Assembly (NCBI GenBank): GCA_964426935.1
Contig: CAYRTW010000003.1
Span: 1-53,452 of the forward strand
Origin: an uncultured Rickettsiales bacterium
GTDB taxonomy: Bacteria; Myxococcota_A; UBA796; UBA9615; JAKLKC01
Direction: 5' to 3'
Length of the DNA: 53,452 nucleotides
The translations under genes were made by a program, and so were the position numbers. Below are positions 28,948 through 39,572 of the stretch, piece by piece. The notes under the pieces are model-generated. The model was not told the DNA's origin, ran no database searches, and was given only the letters and a program-made list of their open reading frames with translations. Position 1 is the first letter of the stretch. Each line of letters starts with the position of its first letter.

Positions 28948-30303
28948 CTACTCCTTGGAACCGGCGGCAGCCGCCTTCGGGGTCATGATGAGGATGAATC
29001 GGGCGTCGGGCTTCAGCCAGGTGCGGACGGCTTCCTGCACTTCCGGGGCGGTCACCTTCATGTATCGATCCAGGTCTGCCTGGAGATAGTCGGGGCGTCC
29101 AAGGTAGTGAACGTAGTTGTTGAACTGGCTTGCTTTGGCCAGGACCCCCTCCAAGGAGGAGAAGAAGCCCTTGCGCCATCCGTTGAGGGCCCGAGTCATC
29201 TCTTCTTGGGAGGGAGGAGTCTCCGCCAGTTTCGCCAGCTCCGCGTCAATGGCGGCCTTCAATTCGTCGGGGGTATGCCCAGGGGCGGCGGTGGCGGTGA
29301 TGGTGTATCGGCTGCCCAACTCTGAAGAGCCCTGGGAGGCGGAGATGTCCTTGGCGATCTGCTTCTCGTAGACCAGGGACTGATAGAGGCGGGAGGTCTT
29401 TCCGCTGGTCAGCAGGGTGGAGAGTACATCCAAGGCGGCATCTCCCGGTGCATAGAAGGCGGGGGTCACCCAATTGATGTAGATGCGGGGAAGGGGGACG
29501 GCATCCTCCACCACCTGGGTTTTTTCTCCGGAAAGCTGGGGCAGGGGAGGAGAAAGTTTGGGCGCGGCCTCCCCTCCCGGCAGGGTGCCGAAGTACTTCT
29601 CCACCAGGGCCCGGGTCTGGGCGAGGTCGATGTCACCCACGATGGCGATGGAGGCGTTGCGAGGGCAGTACCATCGGGTGAAGAAGTCCTTCACGTCCTC
29701 CAAGGAAGCCCTCTCCAGATCCTCATGGGAGCCGATGGTCAGGTGGTGGTAGGGGTGGCCTTTGGGAAAAAGATTCTCGGCGATGTACTTGAAGGCCATG
29801 CCATAAGGGACGTTTTCATAACGCTGCCGCCTCTCGTTCTTGACCACGTCCCTCTGATTGTCCAGGTTGGCCTGATCCAGGGCTGGCAGCATGAATCCCA
29901 TCCGGTCCGACTCCAGCCACAGGGCCAGTTCGAGATAGTTGGATGGCAGGACCTGCCAGTAATCGGTCCTCTCGGTGGAAGTGGAGCCATTGACATCCGC
30001 CCCCGCCTCCTGAAGGGGCTGAAAATATTCTTCGCGATGGTGAGCGGAGCCCTGGAACATCAAGTGTTCGAAAAGATGAGCGAATCCAGTCAGTCCCTCC
30101 GTCTCCTGCTTGGAGCCGACGTGATACCAGACGCTCACCGCCACCACGGGGATCTGACGATCCTGATGAAGGATCACATCCAGCCCATTTCCCAACTCGT
30201 AATGCACCACATCCAACGAGGGGGTTGAGGGGGAGGAGGCAACCGACAGGGAGGGGCTGCTCAGCAGCAGGGCCACGAAGAAGGAGAGGGCCGGGAGGCG
30301 CAT
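28948..30303 (-). CDS. M16-family zinc peptidase (pitrilysin/insulinase-like, catalytic)
   Basis: Signal peptide MRLPALSFFVALLLSS. Inverted zinc motif HLFEHLMFQGS (HxxEH). ATG at 30303 is preferred over the tracked start at 30354. Confidence 0.8.
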   Translation of the reverse strand: MRLPALSFFVALLLSSPSLSVASSPSTPSLDVVHYELGNGLDVILHQDRQIPVVAVSVWYHVGSKQETEGLTGFAHLFEHLMFQGSAHHREEYFQPLQEAGADVNGSTSTERTDYWQVLPSNYLELALWLESDRMGFMLPALDQANLDNQRDVVKNERRQRYENVPYGMAFKYIAENLFPKGHPYHHLTIGSHEDLERASLEDVKDFFTRWYCPRNASIAIVGDIDLAQTRALVEKYFGTLPGGEAAPKLSPPLPQLSGEKTQVVEDAVPLPRIYINWVTPAFYAPGDAALDVLSTLLTSGKTSRLYQSLVYEKQIAKDISASQGSSELGSRYTITATAAPGHTPDELKAAIDAELAKLAETPPSQEEMTRALNGWRKGFFSSLEGVLAKASQFNNYVHYLGRPDYLQADLDRYMKVTAPEVQEAVRTWLKPDARFILIMTPKAAAAGSKE

Positions 30304-30350
30304 GGAGGCTCCGGAAAGAAGGGGGAGTCGAAAGAAATCGGGGGAGGGAA

Positions 30351-31718
30351 TCAAACGAGGCGGCGGCGACGCAGCGCGAGGGCCAGACCCATCATGGTTA
30401 CCACGGCGGTCAAGGAGAGACCTGGAGAGGGGTTGGAGTCACAGCGACATCCTCCAACCGTAGACGGCGGGGGGTCACCTGAATCGTCATCATCGTCAGC
30501 AGCGGTGTCGTCGTCTTCTCCGGTGCCGCCGCAGTCGGTATCGGCATCGTCCATGGCCCCGTCGCAGTCGTTGTCCACTTGGTCGTGACAGGCCTCGGTG
30601 GCCTCGGGGGAGAAGTCCTCGTCGTCATCGTCGCAGTCGCCTGGGGTGGTGCCATCGGTGCAGGGATCGGGCCCTTCGCAATAGCCATCTCCGTCATCGT
30701 CATAAGCGGAAGTCCCCTCGTCGGCTGTGGCGTCGCAGTCATCATCCACCCCGTTGGGGAGTTCGGCGGCCCCAGGATGCACGGTGCCGTCGGCATCATC
30801 GCAATCATCCCCCCCGGTCTCCAACGATCCGGAGCCATCGCCGTCTCCATCGGCGCCGTCGCTGCCGTCGCAATTCTGATCCACCCCATCCGCAGGGAGT
30901 TCCACCGCGTCGGGGCCGATGCTGTAGCTGGAGTCATCGCAGTCCCCATCACAAGCCGAATACCCATCCCCGTCCCCGTCGCTCTGGGAACAGGAGTTCA
31001 CCACATAGATGGCGTTGGCCAGCAGCTCAATGATGTCGGCGGTGCCATCCCCATCCCCGTCCTGAGAGGCATACTCGTCGGAAGAGAATCCCAGGACCAC
31101 CACCTGCTGGTTCTGGGAGACCGTAGCCGATCCGTCCGCCGAGGAAATCGTGTCGTACAGGGCCACCTTGTAGGCAGTAGAATCGGAGGAGTGGGGGGCC
31201 ACCTCGACGCAATTGATTCCGTTGCGATTCTGCCCCTGAATGTTGCTGGGAACGGAGTTGGGTTCGGTAAACAAGGTGGTGGTGGTTTGATAGATTTGCC
31301 TTACAGCGGATTCGGCGTTCCCAATCGCTACCCCGAAGTTCTGGACATAGGCGGAGTGGGATTCCATGTCGTAGCTGTGGAAGACAATGGGCAATCCGGC
31401 GGCGTGGGCGTCCAGCAGCGCTGCTTCTCCGCCTGAATCCCCGAAGTAGATGGATGCCGTGTCCACCACCACGATGTCGTAGCCACCCCCGTTGAGTTGG
31501 GTGGCAAATTCCGAGGCAGAGCCTACCCGCACGCAGGAGTACCCCAGGCTCCCGCAGGCGCTCTCCGCCGCTGAGGGGGAGGTGTCGTCCAACACCAGGA
31601 CATGTTCTGCGCGGGCGAGACCGGAACCACTCATCAGGGCCGATGCAGCCAGCAGAAGGACACCAGGGATTCGAGTAAACACGGTTGGGAGCATTTCAGG
31701 GCCCTTTCGAGGGCGCAT
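30351..31718 (-). CDS. Secreted Asp/Cys-rich repeat protein with a MYXO-CTERM-like C-terminal sorting tail
   Basis: Signal peptide. Repeated DGDGDGYSACDGDCDD / VDQNCDG / VDDDCD metal-binding-like motifs. C-terminus GGCRCDSNPSPGLSLTAVVTMMGLALALRRRRLV (Cys, TM helix, basic cluster). Confidence 0.7.
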   Translation of the reverse strand: MRPRKGPEMLPTVFTRIPGVLLLAASALMSGSGLARAEHVLVLDDTSPSAAESACGSLGYSCVRVGSASEFATQLNGGGYDIVVVDTASIYFGDSGGEAALLDAHAAGLPIVFHSYDMESHSAYVQNFGVAIGNAESAVRQIYQTTTTLFTEPNSVPSNIQGQNRNGINCVEVAPHSSDSTAYKVALYDTISSADGSATVSQNQQVVVLGFSSDEYASQDGDGDGTADIIELLANAIYVVNSCSQSDGDGDGYSACDGDCDDSSYSIGPDAVELPADGVDQNCDGSDGADGDGDGSGSLETGGDDCDDADGTVHPGAAELPNGVDDDCDATADEGTSAYDDDGDGYCEGPDPCTDGTTPGDCDDDDEDFSPEATEACHDQVDNDCDGAMDDADTDCGGTGEDDDTAADDDDDSGDPPPSTVGGCRCDSNPSPGLSLTAVVTMMGLALALRRRRLV

Positions 31719-31891
31719 GGTATCAAGGGTGACGGGTCAGCAACAGGTAGCGCCCTCCCGCCTCCTTCAATACACGTGGCGAAGCTACCCGAGACTCGAT
31801 GCCTGTTTTGGGGATTCACCCCCCCAACCTCCTTGTCCCCAGGCGCTGGCGGGGGCAGGGGAGGAGCGGTGTCCCATCTTTGTTCCCACTC

Positions 31892-31919
31892 TTGACAGAG
31901 GTCCCTCTCTCCCCATAAT
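31892..31919 (+). promoter_or_regulatory. Sigma70-like promoter for the yceD-rpmF-plsX operon
   Basis: TTGACA (31892-31897), 16-nt spacer, CATAAT (31914-31919), about 45 nt upstream of the yceD ATG. Confidence 0.5.
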
Positions 31920-31961
31920 GGCCCCTCGCTGTCCGGCGCCCGGGCGGTGGTGCATCCGGCC

Positions 31962-32501
31962 ATGTCTTCCTTCCTGATCCGCATTGATGACATCCCCAAA
32001 GGGGGCTATGAGTTTCGCGTGGATGGGCCTCAGCCTGCGTGGCAGTCCCTCCTTCAAGAACTAGGAGAGAGGCCAGCCCCGGGGGAGGGGAGAGGGTGGC
32101 TCAAGGTTCGTCGTCATCCCAATCGGGTTGCGGTTGAAGGCGGGTTCGACGTGGTCTTGGCGGCGGTGTGCAGTCGTTGTCAGGAAGACATTCAGGTGAA
32201 GTTGGAGAAGGAGTTCCGGGCCAACCTTCTCCAGGGCCCTCAGGAGGAACTTGCGGGCGAGACCGAACTGTCCGAGGAACAACTGGACGACAGCATTCTG
32301 GAAGGGGATGAGATTGATTTTCTTGCCCTCCTCCGTGAACAGATCCTCCTGGAAATTCCTTTCAAGCCCCTCTGTAGGGAAGATTGTCGGGGCATCTGTC
32401 TCGATTGTCGTGCTCATTTGAATCACGAGGTGTGTCGTTGCGTGGGAAAAGCTGTCGATCCCCGCCTTGCCCCCCTCTCTCGTTTGCGCTTGGAACACTG
32501 A
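31962..32501 (+). CDS. yceD: YceD/DUF177 family protein (23S rRNA accumulation protein)
   Basis: C-terminal PLCREDCRGICLDCRAHLNHEVCRC motif. Conserved position directly upstream of rpmF. Confidence 0.8.
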   Translation: MSSFLIRIDDIPKGGYEFRVDGPQPAWQSLLQELGERPAPGEGRGWLKVRRHPNRVAVEGGFDVVLAAVCSRCQEDIQVKLEKEFRANLLQGPQEELAGETELSEEQLDDSILEGDEIDFLALLREQILLEIPFKPLCREDCRGICLDCRAHLNHEVCRCVGKAVDPRLAPLSRLRLEH

Positions 32502-32548
32502 ACCCCTGACGTCCCGCGCCTGCCCTGAGTGGGCGCTGCGGAGGAACC

Positions 32549-32758
32549 ATGGCCGTCCCAAAGAAAAAGAAGAGCCGTTCCCGACGCGGAAACCGCCGCT
32601 CCCACGATGCTCTGGTGGGGGTGACCCACTTTCACCTTTGCCCCCATTGTGGAGCCACCAAGCTGTCTCACCACGTCTGCATGGCCTGTGGCCAGTACCG
32701 GGGCCGACAGGTGTTGGCGATGCCCGCAGTGGAAGAGCCGGTCTCCGCTGCCGAGTAG
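32549..32758 (+). CDS. rpmF: 50S ribosomal protein L32
   Basis: MAVPKKKKSRSRRGNRRSHDAL plus the CPHCG...CMACG zinc ribbon. Confidence 0.92.
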   Translation: MAVPKKKKSRSRRGNRRSHDALVGVTHFHLCPHCGATKLSHHVCMACGQYRGRQVLAMPAVEEPVSAAE

Positions 32759-32791
32759 CTCCTCAGGACGGGGTACCAAGGGGCTGTTCCC

Positions 32792-33796
32792 ATGCGGATC
32801 GCTCTCGATGGCATGGGTAGCGAGGGGTCCCCGACCGCCGAGGTAGAGGGGGCCCTCCGTGTTGCTGGCGAGGAGATGGGATTTCCCATCCAGATCGTGC
32901 TGGTGGGGGATCAGAGTGCCCTGGAAGAGGAGCTGAGTGCCCAGGGGGGGACCCGCTCCGAGATCGAAATTCGCCACGCCCCCGATGTGGTGGAAATGCA
33001 CGATCATCCCACTCAGGCCTTGCGTCGCAAGAAGGGTTCCTCCCTCCGTCTCGCCTTTGATCTCCTCGCTCAGGGAGAAGTGGACGCCCTGGTTTCGGCG
33101 GGAAACACCGGGGCGGTGCTGGCCATGGCCGTGTTTGTGCTTCCCCGGATGGCAGGAGTGGAGAGACCTGCCCTGGTGACCTCCCTGCCCGTGCCTTCGG
33201 GCCCGGTGGCTCTGCTGGACATTGGTGCCAACGTGGGGTGTCGCGGTTCGGCGCTGGCCCAATTCGCGGCGATGGGAGCCGCTTATGCCGAAGTGGAATT
33301 GGCGGTTGCCCGACCCAGAGTCGGCCTTCTCAGCAACGGCGAGGAGGAGGGCAAAGGAGATGAAGCCATTCGCGCCGCCCATGCCTTGCTGCGGGGGACC
33401 TCCATGGAGTACCGGGGCGTCATCGAGGGACGGGACCTGTGGAACGGGTCGGTGGATGTGGCGGTGTGCGATGGGCTGGTCGGCAACGTGTTGCTGAAGT
33501 CGTCGGAGGGGATGGCGGAATTGCTGGTCAGGGAGGTGCGGCGGGAGCTGTCCCATGATCTATGGGGAAGAATGGGGGCCCTTCTCCTGAAAGACGCGTT
33601 TCGCCGACTCAAGGAGCGGTTCGCGTACGAGACCCACGGTGGAGCCCTGCTTCTGGGGTGCTCCCGGCCAGTGGTGGTGGCCCATGGGCGCAGCGACGGG
33701 ACGGCCATGACCGCTGCCCTTCGACTGGCTTGCCGATCGGTGGAAAGGGGACTCACCACCCGTGTGGAAGAGCGCCTGGGGAGCTTTCAGCCCTGA
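32792..33796 (+). CDS. plsX: Phosphate acyltransferase PlsX
   Basis: [15 protein letters not shown]-terminus, SAGNTGA motif and [10 protein letters not shown]. Follows rpmF. Confidence 0.9.
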   Translation: MRIALDGMGSEGSPTAEVEGALRVAGEEMGFPIQIVLVGDQSALEEELSAQGGTRSEIEIRHAPDVVEMHDHPTQALRRKKGSSLRLAFDLLAQGEVDALVSAGNTGAVLAMAVFVLPRMAGVERPALVTSLPVPSGPVALLDIGANVGCRGSALAQFAAMGAAYAEVELAVARPRVGLLSNGEEEGKGDEAIRAAHALLRGTSMEYRGVIEGRDLWNGSVDVAVCDGLVGNVLLKSSEGMAELLVREVRRELSHDLWGRMGALLLKDAFRRLKERFAYETHGGALLLGCSRPVVVAHGRSDGTAMTAALRLACRSVERGLTTRVEERLGSFQP

Positions 33797-33853
33797 TGGA
33801 CAGAGGCCGAGGGCAAAAGGGGGTGAGGGGGCTCAAGGGGACCTTTTCCGACG

Positions 33854-33882
33854 TGGACACCCCGGCGACCTTCTGTTATCTT
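33854..33882 (+). promoter_or_regulatory. Possible sigma70-like promoter upstream of acpP
   Basis: TGGACA (33854-33859), 17-nt spacer, TATCTT (33877-33882), inside the 173-nt plsX-acpP gap. Confidence 0.3.
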
Positions 33883-33969
33883 GCGCCCGCTTTCTGGCCC
33901 GTTCGGCCCGAAGGAAGCATGGCTCTTACTTTCCACCGGCCCATTGCGGGCGGTCCGAGCGGAGGAACG

Positions 33970-34206
33970 ATGGGTATCGAAGATCGGGTGAAGCAGATCA
34001 TCAGCGACCAACTCGGCGTTGGGTTGGAAGAAGTCAAGGCAGAGGCCTCCTTCATCGAAGACCTGGGGGCGGACTCCTTGGACATCGTGGAACTGGTCAT
34101 GGCCATGGAAGAGGCCTTTGAGACCGACATCCCCGACGAGGAAGCTGAGAAGATCCAGACTGTCCAGGACGCCGTCAACTACATCACTCAGCACTCGGGG
34201 AAGTAA
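33970..34206 (+). CDS. acpP: Acyl carrier protein
   Basis: 78 aa with [17 protein letters not shown] (the DSL phosphopantetheine site). ATG at 33970 is preceded by GGAGGA. The tracked ORF from 33562 is an over-extension. Confidence 0.92.
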   Translation: MGIEDRVKQIISDQLGVGLEEVKAEASFIEDLGADSLDIVELVMAMEEAFETDIPDEEAEKIQTVQDAVNYITQHSGK

Positions 34207-34266
34207 TTCCCTCGCCTTCTTCGGGGAGGTTGCTGCTTCAGAGGCACTCCTTCGGGGGGCGTCGGC

Positions 34267-35514
34267 ATGGGAGACACCGTGAGACGCAACGTCGTGGTGA
34301 CCGGCCTGGGGGCAGTAAGCCCCCTGGGGCTGAACGTGGAGTCCACCTGGGCAGGGCTGCTGGAAGGGCGGTCCGGGGTGGGTCCCATCACCCAGTTTGA
34401 TGCCACCGGCTATCCGGCGACCTTCGCTGCCGAGGTCAAGGGCTTCGATCCCGCCGTCTGGATCGACCATAAAGAAGTCAAAAAGCTGGACCGGTTCATC
34501 CAGTTTGCTGTCGCCTCGGCGTGCATGGCTGTGGAGGACGCCGGTCTGGTGATTGATGAGGCCAACGCCGGGCGGGTGGGGTGCTACATCGGTTCCGGCA
34601 TTGGGGGGATCATCACGATTACCGAGGCGGACCAGAACCGGGTGGAGAAGGGTCCGGGGCGGGTGTCTCCCTTTGTGATCCCCAAGCTTCTGGTGAACAT
34701 GGCCAGTGGTTACGTCTCCATCCTCCTGGGGGCCAAGGGCCCCAACTTCTCTCATGTCTCGGCATGCGCCACCGGCAATCACTCCATCGGTGAAGCGGCA
34801 GACGCCATCCGTGCCGGCAAGGCTGACGTCATCATCGCCGGTGGCGCTGAAGCTCCCATTACCCCCATCGCCGTGGCGGGGTTCGGGAAGATGCGAGCCC
34901 TGTCGGAGCGCAACGACGATCCCCAGCGGGCAAGTCGTCCCTTTGATGCACAGAGGGATGGGTTCGTCATGGGGGAGGGAGCGGGGGTGGTGGTTCTCGA
35001 GTCGGAAGAGCATGCCCGGACACGAGGAGCTCGGATCTATTGCGAGTTGGCCGGTTATGGTGCCAACGCCGACGCCCATCACATCACCGCCCCTGCTCCT
35101 GGTGGAGTCGGGGCGATGGAATGCATGAGGATGACCTTGAGGGACGGGGGGATGAGCCTGTCGGACATCGGATACGTCAATGCCCACGGTACCTCCACGC
35201 CCTACAACGATGTGGCGGAGACCCAGGCATTGAAAGCGGTTTTTGGTGAGCACGCTCGTCGTCTGGCGGTGTCCTCCACCAAATCCATGACCGGCCATCT
35301 CCTCGGCGCCGCCGGCGGGTTGGAGACGGTGGTGGCGGTCCTGGCCCTCCATCGGGGAATCCTTCCTCCCACCATCAACCAAGAGAACCCTGATCCCGAA
35401 TGCGACTTGGACTACATCCCCAATCATCCCCGGGAACTCCGGGTGAAGGGGGTGCTCAGCAATGCCTTCGGCTTTGGAGGCACCAACGCCTGTCTTGCCT
35501 TTCGCGCTGTCTGA
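34267..35514 (+). CDS. fabF: 3-oxoacyl-ACP synthase II
   Basis: Active-site SACATG, HGTSTP and GHLLGAAG motifs. Follows acpP. Confidence 0.9.
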   Translation: MGDTVRRNVVVTGLGAVSPLGLNVESTWAGLLEGRSGVGPITQFDATGYPATFAAEVKGFDPAVWIDHKEVKKLDRFIQFAVASACMAVEDAGLVIDEANAGRVGCYIGSGIGGIITITEADQNRVEKGPGRVSPFVIPKLLVNMASGYVSILLGAKGPNFSHVSACATGNHSIGEAADAIRAGKADVIIAGGAEAPITPIAVAGFGKMRALSERNDDPQRASRPFDAQRDGFVMGEGAGVVVLESEEHARTRGARIYCELAGYGANADAHHITAPAPGGVGAMECMRMTLRDGGMSLSDIGYVNAHGTSTPYNDVAETQALKAVFGEHARRLAVSSTKSMTGHLLGAAGGLETVVAVLALHRGILPPTINQENPDPECDLDYIPNHPRELRVKGVLSNAFGFGGTNACLAFRAV

Positions 35515-35556
35515 CACGGCGAGGAGTCGAGGCGGGACAGCAGGCAAGGAGTCACC

Positions 35557-35991
35557 ATGAAGCTGGTCATCGGAGCGGATCATGGGGGAGTGGATCTCAA
35601 AGGAGAGATCGCCGGTTGGCTGAGGGAAGCGGGCCATTCGGTGGTGGACGTGGGAACTGAAGGTCATGCCTCCTGCGACTATCCCGATTTTGCCGCTGCC
35701 GCTGCCGGCAAGGTGGCCTCGGGGGAAGCAGAAGGGGGCATCCTGGTTTGTGGCACTGGCCAGGGAATGGCCATGACCGCCAATCGATTCTCTGGCGTCC
35801 GCGCCGCTGTAGTGTCGGATACGTTCTCCGCCCGCATGGCTCGGGAACACAACGATGCCAACATCCTGTGCCTGGGGGCCCGGGTGGTAGGCGGCGGTCT
35901 GGCGCGAGACATCGTCTTTGCCTGGCTGGGGGCCCGCTTTGAGGGGGGGCGTCATGCCCGCAGGGTCCAGAAGATCGAGTCATCTTCCTGA
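35557..35991 (+). CDS. rpiB: Ribose-5-phosphate isomerase B
   Basis: [24 protein letters not shown] and RHARRV motifs of the RpiB/LacAB family. Confidence 0.88.
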   Translation: MKLVIGADHGGVDLKGEIAGWLREAGHSVVDVGTEGHASCDYPDFAAAAAGKVASGEAEGGILVCGTGQGMAMTANRFSGVRAAVVSDTFSARMAREHNDANILCLGARVVGGGLARDIVFAWLGARFEGGRHARRVQKIESSS

Positions 35992-36041
35992 ACGTCCTCA
36001 CCCGGTTGGCGCTGCCTCCGAGTGAACTGGAGCCCCTGTTC

Positions 36042-37310
36042 ATGTCCGCTCTCTCTCATCAAGATCCCGAAATCGCCGCTGCCATTTTTGCCGAAGCAGA
36101 GAGGCAGCATGATGGGCTGGAACTGATCGCGTCGGAAAACTACGTCAGCGAAGCGGTTCTGGAGGCTCAAGGCTCGGTCCTTACCAACAAGTACGCCGAG
36201 GGGCTGCCCCGCAAGCGGTACTATGGTGGCTGCGAGTTTGTGGACCGGGTGGAGGAACTGGCCATCGACAGGGCCAAGAAGCTGTTCGGCGCGGCTTCGG
36301 TGAATGTCCAACCCCATTCAGGCTCCCAGGCCAACATGGCGGTCTATCTCTCCGCCTTGCGTCCCGGGGACACCATCCTGGGGATGAACCTCTCCCATGG
36401 AGGACACCTGACCCACGGCAGTCCGGTGAACTTCTCCGGGCAGCTTTTTCGGGTGGTGGCCTACGGAGTGGACCCCACCCACCATCGCATCGACTTTGAT
36501 CAGGTGGCGGCCCAGGCCAAGGAACATCGCCCTCGCCTGATCATTGTGGGGGCCTCCGCCTACTCCCGCCTCATCCCCTTTGATCGCTTTCGGGCCATTG
36601 CGGATGAAGTCGGGGCCCTGTTGATGGCCGATATCGCCCATGTGGCCGGGCTGGTGGCGGCGGGACTTCACCCCGATCCAGTGCCGGTCTGTCATTACGT
36701 CACCACCACCACTCACAAGACTCTGCGGGGCCCCCGGGGAGGCATGGTGATGAGCGACGCCGAGCATGGGGATGCCATCAACAAGCAGGTCTTCCCCGGT
36801 ATCCAAGGCGGTCCCCTGGAGCATGTCATTGCTGCCAAGGCGGTGGCCTTCGGGGAAGCGCTGACCCCCTCCTTCCGCACGTACTCAGAAGCGGTGGTTG
36901 GCAACGCACGGGTCCTGGCGGAGCGCCTGATGCACCACGATCTGGACCTCGTCTCCGGCGGGACGGACAACCACCTGATGCTGGTGGATCTGACTCGAAC
37001 GGGGGTCACTGGCAAGATGGCAGAAGCGGCCCTCCAGCAGGCGGGAATCACCGCCAACAAGAACACGGTGCCTGGGGAGACCCGCTCTCCCTTTGTCACC
37101 AGCGGCATTCGCATTGGCACCCCCGCCATCACCAGTCGAGGCATGGGCCCCATGGAGATGAGTTGGATCGCCGACCGGATCGCTGCGATCGTTCGCCACC
37201 CCGATGACGGAGTTCGATTGCAGGAGGTCCGTGCGGAAGTGAGGGAGTTGTGTGAGCAGTTCCCCATCTATCGGGCCCGGCGGGCTGCCCTCGCCACCTC
37301 CCTGAGCTAG
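36042..37310 (+). CDS. glyA: Serine hydroxymethyltransferase
   Basis: [21 protein letters not shown] and [14 protein letters not shown] (the PLP lysine motif). ATG at 36042 is preferred over the TTG at 36006. Confidence 0.92.
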   Translation: MSALSHQDPEIAAAIFAEAERQHDGLELIASENYVSEAVLEAQGSVLTNKYAEGLPRKRYYGGCEFVDRVEELAIDRAKKLFGAASVNVQPHSGSQANMAVYLSALRPGDTILGMNLSHGGHLTHGSPVNFSGQLFRVVAYGVDPTHHRIDFDQVAAQAKEHRPRLIIVGASAYSRLIPFDRFRAIADEVGALLMADIAHVAGLVAAGLHPDPVPVCHYVTTTTHKTLRGPRGGMVMSDAEHGDAINKQVFPGIQGGPLEHVIAAKAVAFGEALTPSFRTYSEAVVGNARVLAERLMHHDLDLVSGGTDNHLMLVDLTRTGVTGKMAEAALQQAGITANKNTVPGETRSPFVTSGIRIGTPAITSRGMGPMEMSWIADRIAAIVRHPDDGVRLQEVRAEVRELCEQFPIYRARRAALATSLS

Positions 37311-37315
37311 CCTCC

Positions 37316-37810
37316 ATGCGCTGTCCCTTGTGTGCCAGCCTGGACAATCGGGTGGTGGATTCCCGCCTCTCCCGGGACGGAAACCTCATCCGCAGACGTC
37401 GGGAATGCTCCTCCTGCCAGGGGCGCTTCACCACTCATGAGAGGGTCGAGGAGCTATCCCCCCTCCTGGTGGTGAAGAAAGACGGACGTCGGGAACCGTT
37501 TGACCGTTCCAAGATCGTGGCGGGTCTTCGCATCGCCTGCCGGAAGAGACCGGTTTCTGCAGATGTCATTGATCGGGCGGTGGACGAACTGGAGCAGCGC
37601 CTCCAGGCTCGGGGAGAGAGGGAGGTGTCGGCCGCCACGGTGGGGGAAGAGGTCATGGGTCTGCTTCAAGGGATCGACGATGTCGCATATGTCCGATTTG
37701 CCAGCGTATACAGGCAGTTCCAGGACATGAGGGAGTTTCGGGCGGCTCTGGACAAGCTGTGGCAGGACAAGTTCGGTGGCGGCACCTCGGGCACCGAGGG
37801 AGGGCTGTGA
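37316..37810 (+). CDS. nrdR: Transcriptional repressor NrdR
   Basis: MRCPLCASLDNRVVDSR...CSSCQGRFTTHE zinc ribbon plus an ATP-cone domain. Confidence 0.92.
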   Translation: MRCPLCASLDNRVVDSRLSRDGNLIRRRRECSSCQGRFTTHERVEELSPLLVVKKDGRREPFDRSKIVAGLRIACRKRPVSADVIDRAVDELEQRLQARGEREVSAATVGEEVMGLLQGIDDVAYVRFASVYRQFQDMREFRAALDKLWQDKFGGGTSGTEGGL

Positions 37811-38916
37811 CCGACGATCAACGGTGGATGAGGCTGGCCTTGCGGCTGGCTTCCCGAGGGAGGGGTACCACCCATCCCAATCCCATGGTGGGCGCGGTCG
37901 TGGTGAAGGAGGGTCAGATCCTATCCCAGGGCTGGCACCGTCGGGTGGGAGGTCTTCATGCTGAGGTGGACGCCCTCCTTCCTCTGGGGGGCCGGGCGGC
38001 GGGGGCGACGATGTATGTCACTCTGGAGCCCTGCTGCCATCACGGCCGCACTCCCCCTTGCACCGACGCCCTTCTTCGCAGCGGCATCGGCCGAGTGGTG
38101 GTGGCCACCCTCGATCCCAATCCCCTGGTCAACGGCCGAGGGATGGACATTCTGGAGGGAGCCGGTCTGGCAGTGGCTCTGGGAGTGCTGGGAGATGAGG
38201 CTCGCGATCTGAACCGGATCCATGAGACATGGGTCACCAAGAGAAGACCCCACATCACCCTCAAAATGGCAGCGACCTTGGATGGGCGAACGGCCACCCG
38301 CACCGGAATGTCCCAATGGATTACCGGGGAGTTGGCCCGGGCCCACGCCCATCGCCGGAGAGCTCAAGCCCAGGCTCTGTTGGTGGGAGTGGGGACGATT
38401 TTGGCGGACGATCCTCGTTTGACGGCCCGATCCGGCGGCAGGAGGGGGCAGCAGCCGGCCCGCATCGTGCTGGACAGTCGCCTGCGAACTCCCCCCGACG
38501 CGCGGATTTTTGATCCTCGGGGGGGTCCGGTATGGATCATCACCACCGAAGCGGGAGCCTCGTCCCCGGCGGCCCCTTCCCTCCGGAGTCAGGCGAGGGT
38601 TGTGCCTGCGGGCGCAGGAGAGCGTGTGGATCTCCATGAGGCGCTGCGAATCTTGCACCAGGCGGACATTGCTGATGTTGTGGTGGAAGGAGGAGCGGAG
38701 GTGGCGGGGGGGTTCCTGGATGCCGGCCTGGTGGATCATGTCCAGGCCTATCTGGCTCCCCGCCTGGTGGGGGGACGAGATGCCCAGGGGATGATCGGAG
38801 GAGAGGGGGTTGCCTCCTTGGAAGGTGCTCTTTCCCTGGAGGGGGTGCGACACCTCAGGCTGGGGAGGGATTGGCTCATTGAGGGTCGAACTCAGCCCAG
38901 GCAAAGGGACTCCTGA
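37807..38916 (+). CDS. ribD: Bifunctional diaminohydroxyphosphoribosylaminopyrimidine deaminase / 5-amino-6-(5-phosphoribosylamino)uracil reductase
   Basis: HAEVDAL and EPCCHHGRTPPC deaminase motifs plus a C-terminal reductase domain. GTG at 37807 overlaps the nrdR stop. Confidence 0.88.
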   Translation: MTDDQRWMRLALRLASRGRGTTHPNPMVGAVVVKEGQILSQGWHRRVGGLHAEVDALLPLGGRAAGATMYVTLEPCCHHGRTPPCTDALLRSGIGRVVVATLDPNPLVNGRGMDILEGAGLAVALGVLGDEARDLNRIHETWVTKRRPHITLKMAATLDGRTATRTGMSQWITGELARAHAHRRRAQAQALLVGVGTILADDPRLTARSGGRRGQQPARIVLDSRLRTPPDARIFDPRGGPVWIITTEAGASSPAAPSLRSQARVVPAGAGERVDLHEALRILHQADIADVVVEGGAEVAGGFLDAGLVDHVQAYLAPRLVGGRDAQGMIGGEGVASLEGALSLEGVRHLRLGRDWLIEGRTQPRQRDS

Positions 38917-39560
38917 TGTTCACAGGGCTCGTCCAGACAATGGGGACGATGAGTTCCCGGGAAAAGACCGGAGCAGGGTTACGGCTGGGCCTCGTCTCCC
39001 AGCGCCCCCTTCCTGGTTTGCAGATGGGAGAATCCATCGCCGTTGATGGAGTGTGTCTGACGGTGGTGGCCCACCAGGAGGATCAGGAGTTCTGGGTCGA
39101 CATCTCCCCGGAAACCCTGGCCCTGACCACCCTTGGGGATCGGAAACCAGCCAGTCGTTTCAACCTGGAGAGGGCCCTTGCCCTGGGCGACCGCCTGGGA
39201 GGGCACCTGGTCTCCGGTCATGTGGACGGGATGGGGCACCTGGTTTCTCGGGAGGTTCAAGGCGAAGTGGCTCTGTTTCGTTTTTTCGCCCCCCCTCCGA
39301 TTCATGCCCTCCTGGTTCATAAGGGCAGCGTCGCCATCAATGGGGTGTCCCTCACCGTCAACGGAGTAGATGCAGACGGAACCTTTCACGTCATGCTCAT
39401 CCCCCACACCCTCTCGGAGACCACCCTGGCCGACCTGGAGTTCGGCCACCGGGTCAATCTGGAGGCGGATCTGGTGGGGAAGTACATCCAATCCCTGGTC
39501 CACCCCTACCTCAGTTCTCTTGACCCGCTGCAGTCAAGAGGCTTTATTACCGGGCGCTAG
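38916..39560 (+). CDS. ribE: Riboflavin synthase (alpha chain)
   Basis: [11 protein letters not shown]. Duplicated lumazine-binding repeats ([13 protein letters not shown] / [12 protein letters not shown]), plus [11 protein letters not shown]. Confidence 0.9.
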   Translation: MFTGLVQTMGTMSSREKTGAGLRLGLVSQRPLPGLQMGESIAVDGVCLTVVAHQEDQEFWVDISPETLALTTLGDRKPASRFNLERALALGDRLGGHLVSGHVDGMGHLVSREVQGEVALFRFFAPPPIHALLVHKGSVAINGVSLTVNGVDADGTFHVMLIPHTLSETTLADLEFGHRVNLEADLVGKYIQSLVHPYLSSLDPLQSRGFITGR

Positions 39561-39572
39561 CCCCCTCCCAGG

